A stretch of 64,000 bases of DNA. Origin: Tubulanus polymorphus. Taxonomy: Eukaryota; Animalia; Nemertea. The notes beneath the pieces were generated by a model. The model saw only the letters and a list, made by a program, of their open reading frames with translations, was not told the DNA's origin and ran no database searches. The stretch's first letter is position 1; each line of letters starts with the position of its first letter. Below, piece by piece: positions 63,338 through 64,000 of the stretch. The translations under genes were made by a program, and so were the position numbers. The stretch spans positions 13,826,001 to 13,890,000 of the forward strand of contig NC_134025.1 in NCBI RefSeq assembly GCF_964204645.1, read 5' to 3'.

Positions 63338-64000
63338 TTAAACAAACGACACATTTTGCTTATAACGGACACCTTGAGGCGACTCAATAACGATCTGATC
63401 TCCGCACTTATCAACGACTTTATACGGAGTATCCTCAAATTTTGTTGAAAACTTGTTCCTGCGATCCTGTTTCAGCAACACATAATCGCCGCAATTGATA
63501 TCATTCACACAAGCTCTATGTTTCATATCGCTATAATCTTTCATTCTCCGTTTCATTTCGGAATCTCGGTCACGCACACTATGATCGGTAATGATATCTC
63601 GGTTTTTAAATTCGGGTAGTTTACATCTAATTTCACGATTAAACAATAATTTCGCGGGGGTTTCCCCAGTCAAGCTATGGGGAGTTGATCTATACGCTAA
63701 TAGAAATCTATCAAGTGCACTCCTCCAGTTCTTTCCTTCAGCATGCGCGATTCTGATTGCTTTCATCAATGAATGATTTTGGCGCTCGATCTCTCCGTTC
63801 GCTCTCGGCCATAACGGAGTTGTCGGATGTCGTTTAATCCCACATTCACGAAGATACCTATCGAACTCCTCAGCACTGAACTGGGGACCATTGTCAGCCT
63901 TCAAAGTGTCGCAATACCCGTGTCTCGCGAATATTCGATCCAAAACTTTTATCAAATTCGACGGTTTAATACTCTTCATGATTTCGACTTCCACGTAGCG
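63338..64000 (-). mobile_element. Gypsy/Ty3 LTR retrotransposon integrase (C-terminal part, runs off the window)
   Basis: ORF 63338-63994: IFARHG...ADNGPQF..EF, TPLWPRANGEIERQN, LLAYRSTPHSLTGETPAKLLFNR, GDYVLL..., PYKVV (rve D,D35E core plus GPY/F region). Confidence 0.93.

Overview
Eukaryotic, AT-rich invertebrate genomic DNA; the repeat types suggest a marine lophotrochozoan-like animal, which is inference. (1) 1-~16,450 is a tandem macrosatellite with ten recognisable units of ~1,627 bp (two junctions carry a 395-bp deletion). Each unit looks like a chain of short + strand exons and GT-AG introns. (2) The only host gene recognised is COQ6 on the - strand: its last three coding exons are at 46,852-46,967, 41,093-41,259 and 19,432-19,473, and its upstream exons were not found in the window. 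(3) The introns are packed with nested mobile DNA: a BEL/Pao LTR relic interrupted by an RTE LINE and a DIRS element, a 5.3-kb CACTA/EnSpm-type element with CACGTG-rich ends, Penelope relics with hammerhead-ribozyme motifs, hAT/Harbinger/Tc1-pogo/P-like MITEs and Helentron-like repeats. (4) At the right, a Gypsy 3' end is apparently split by ~5 kb that holds spliced KDZ-type transposase exons and a compact, divergent NRF1/Erect-wing-like DNA-binding-domain gene. That pair and the spliced-looking macrosatellite are the most unusual observations. All assignments come from manual motif reading; no searches were run.
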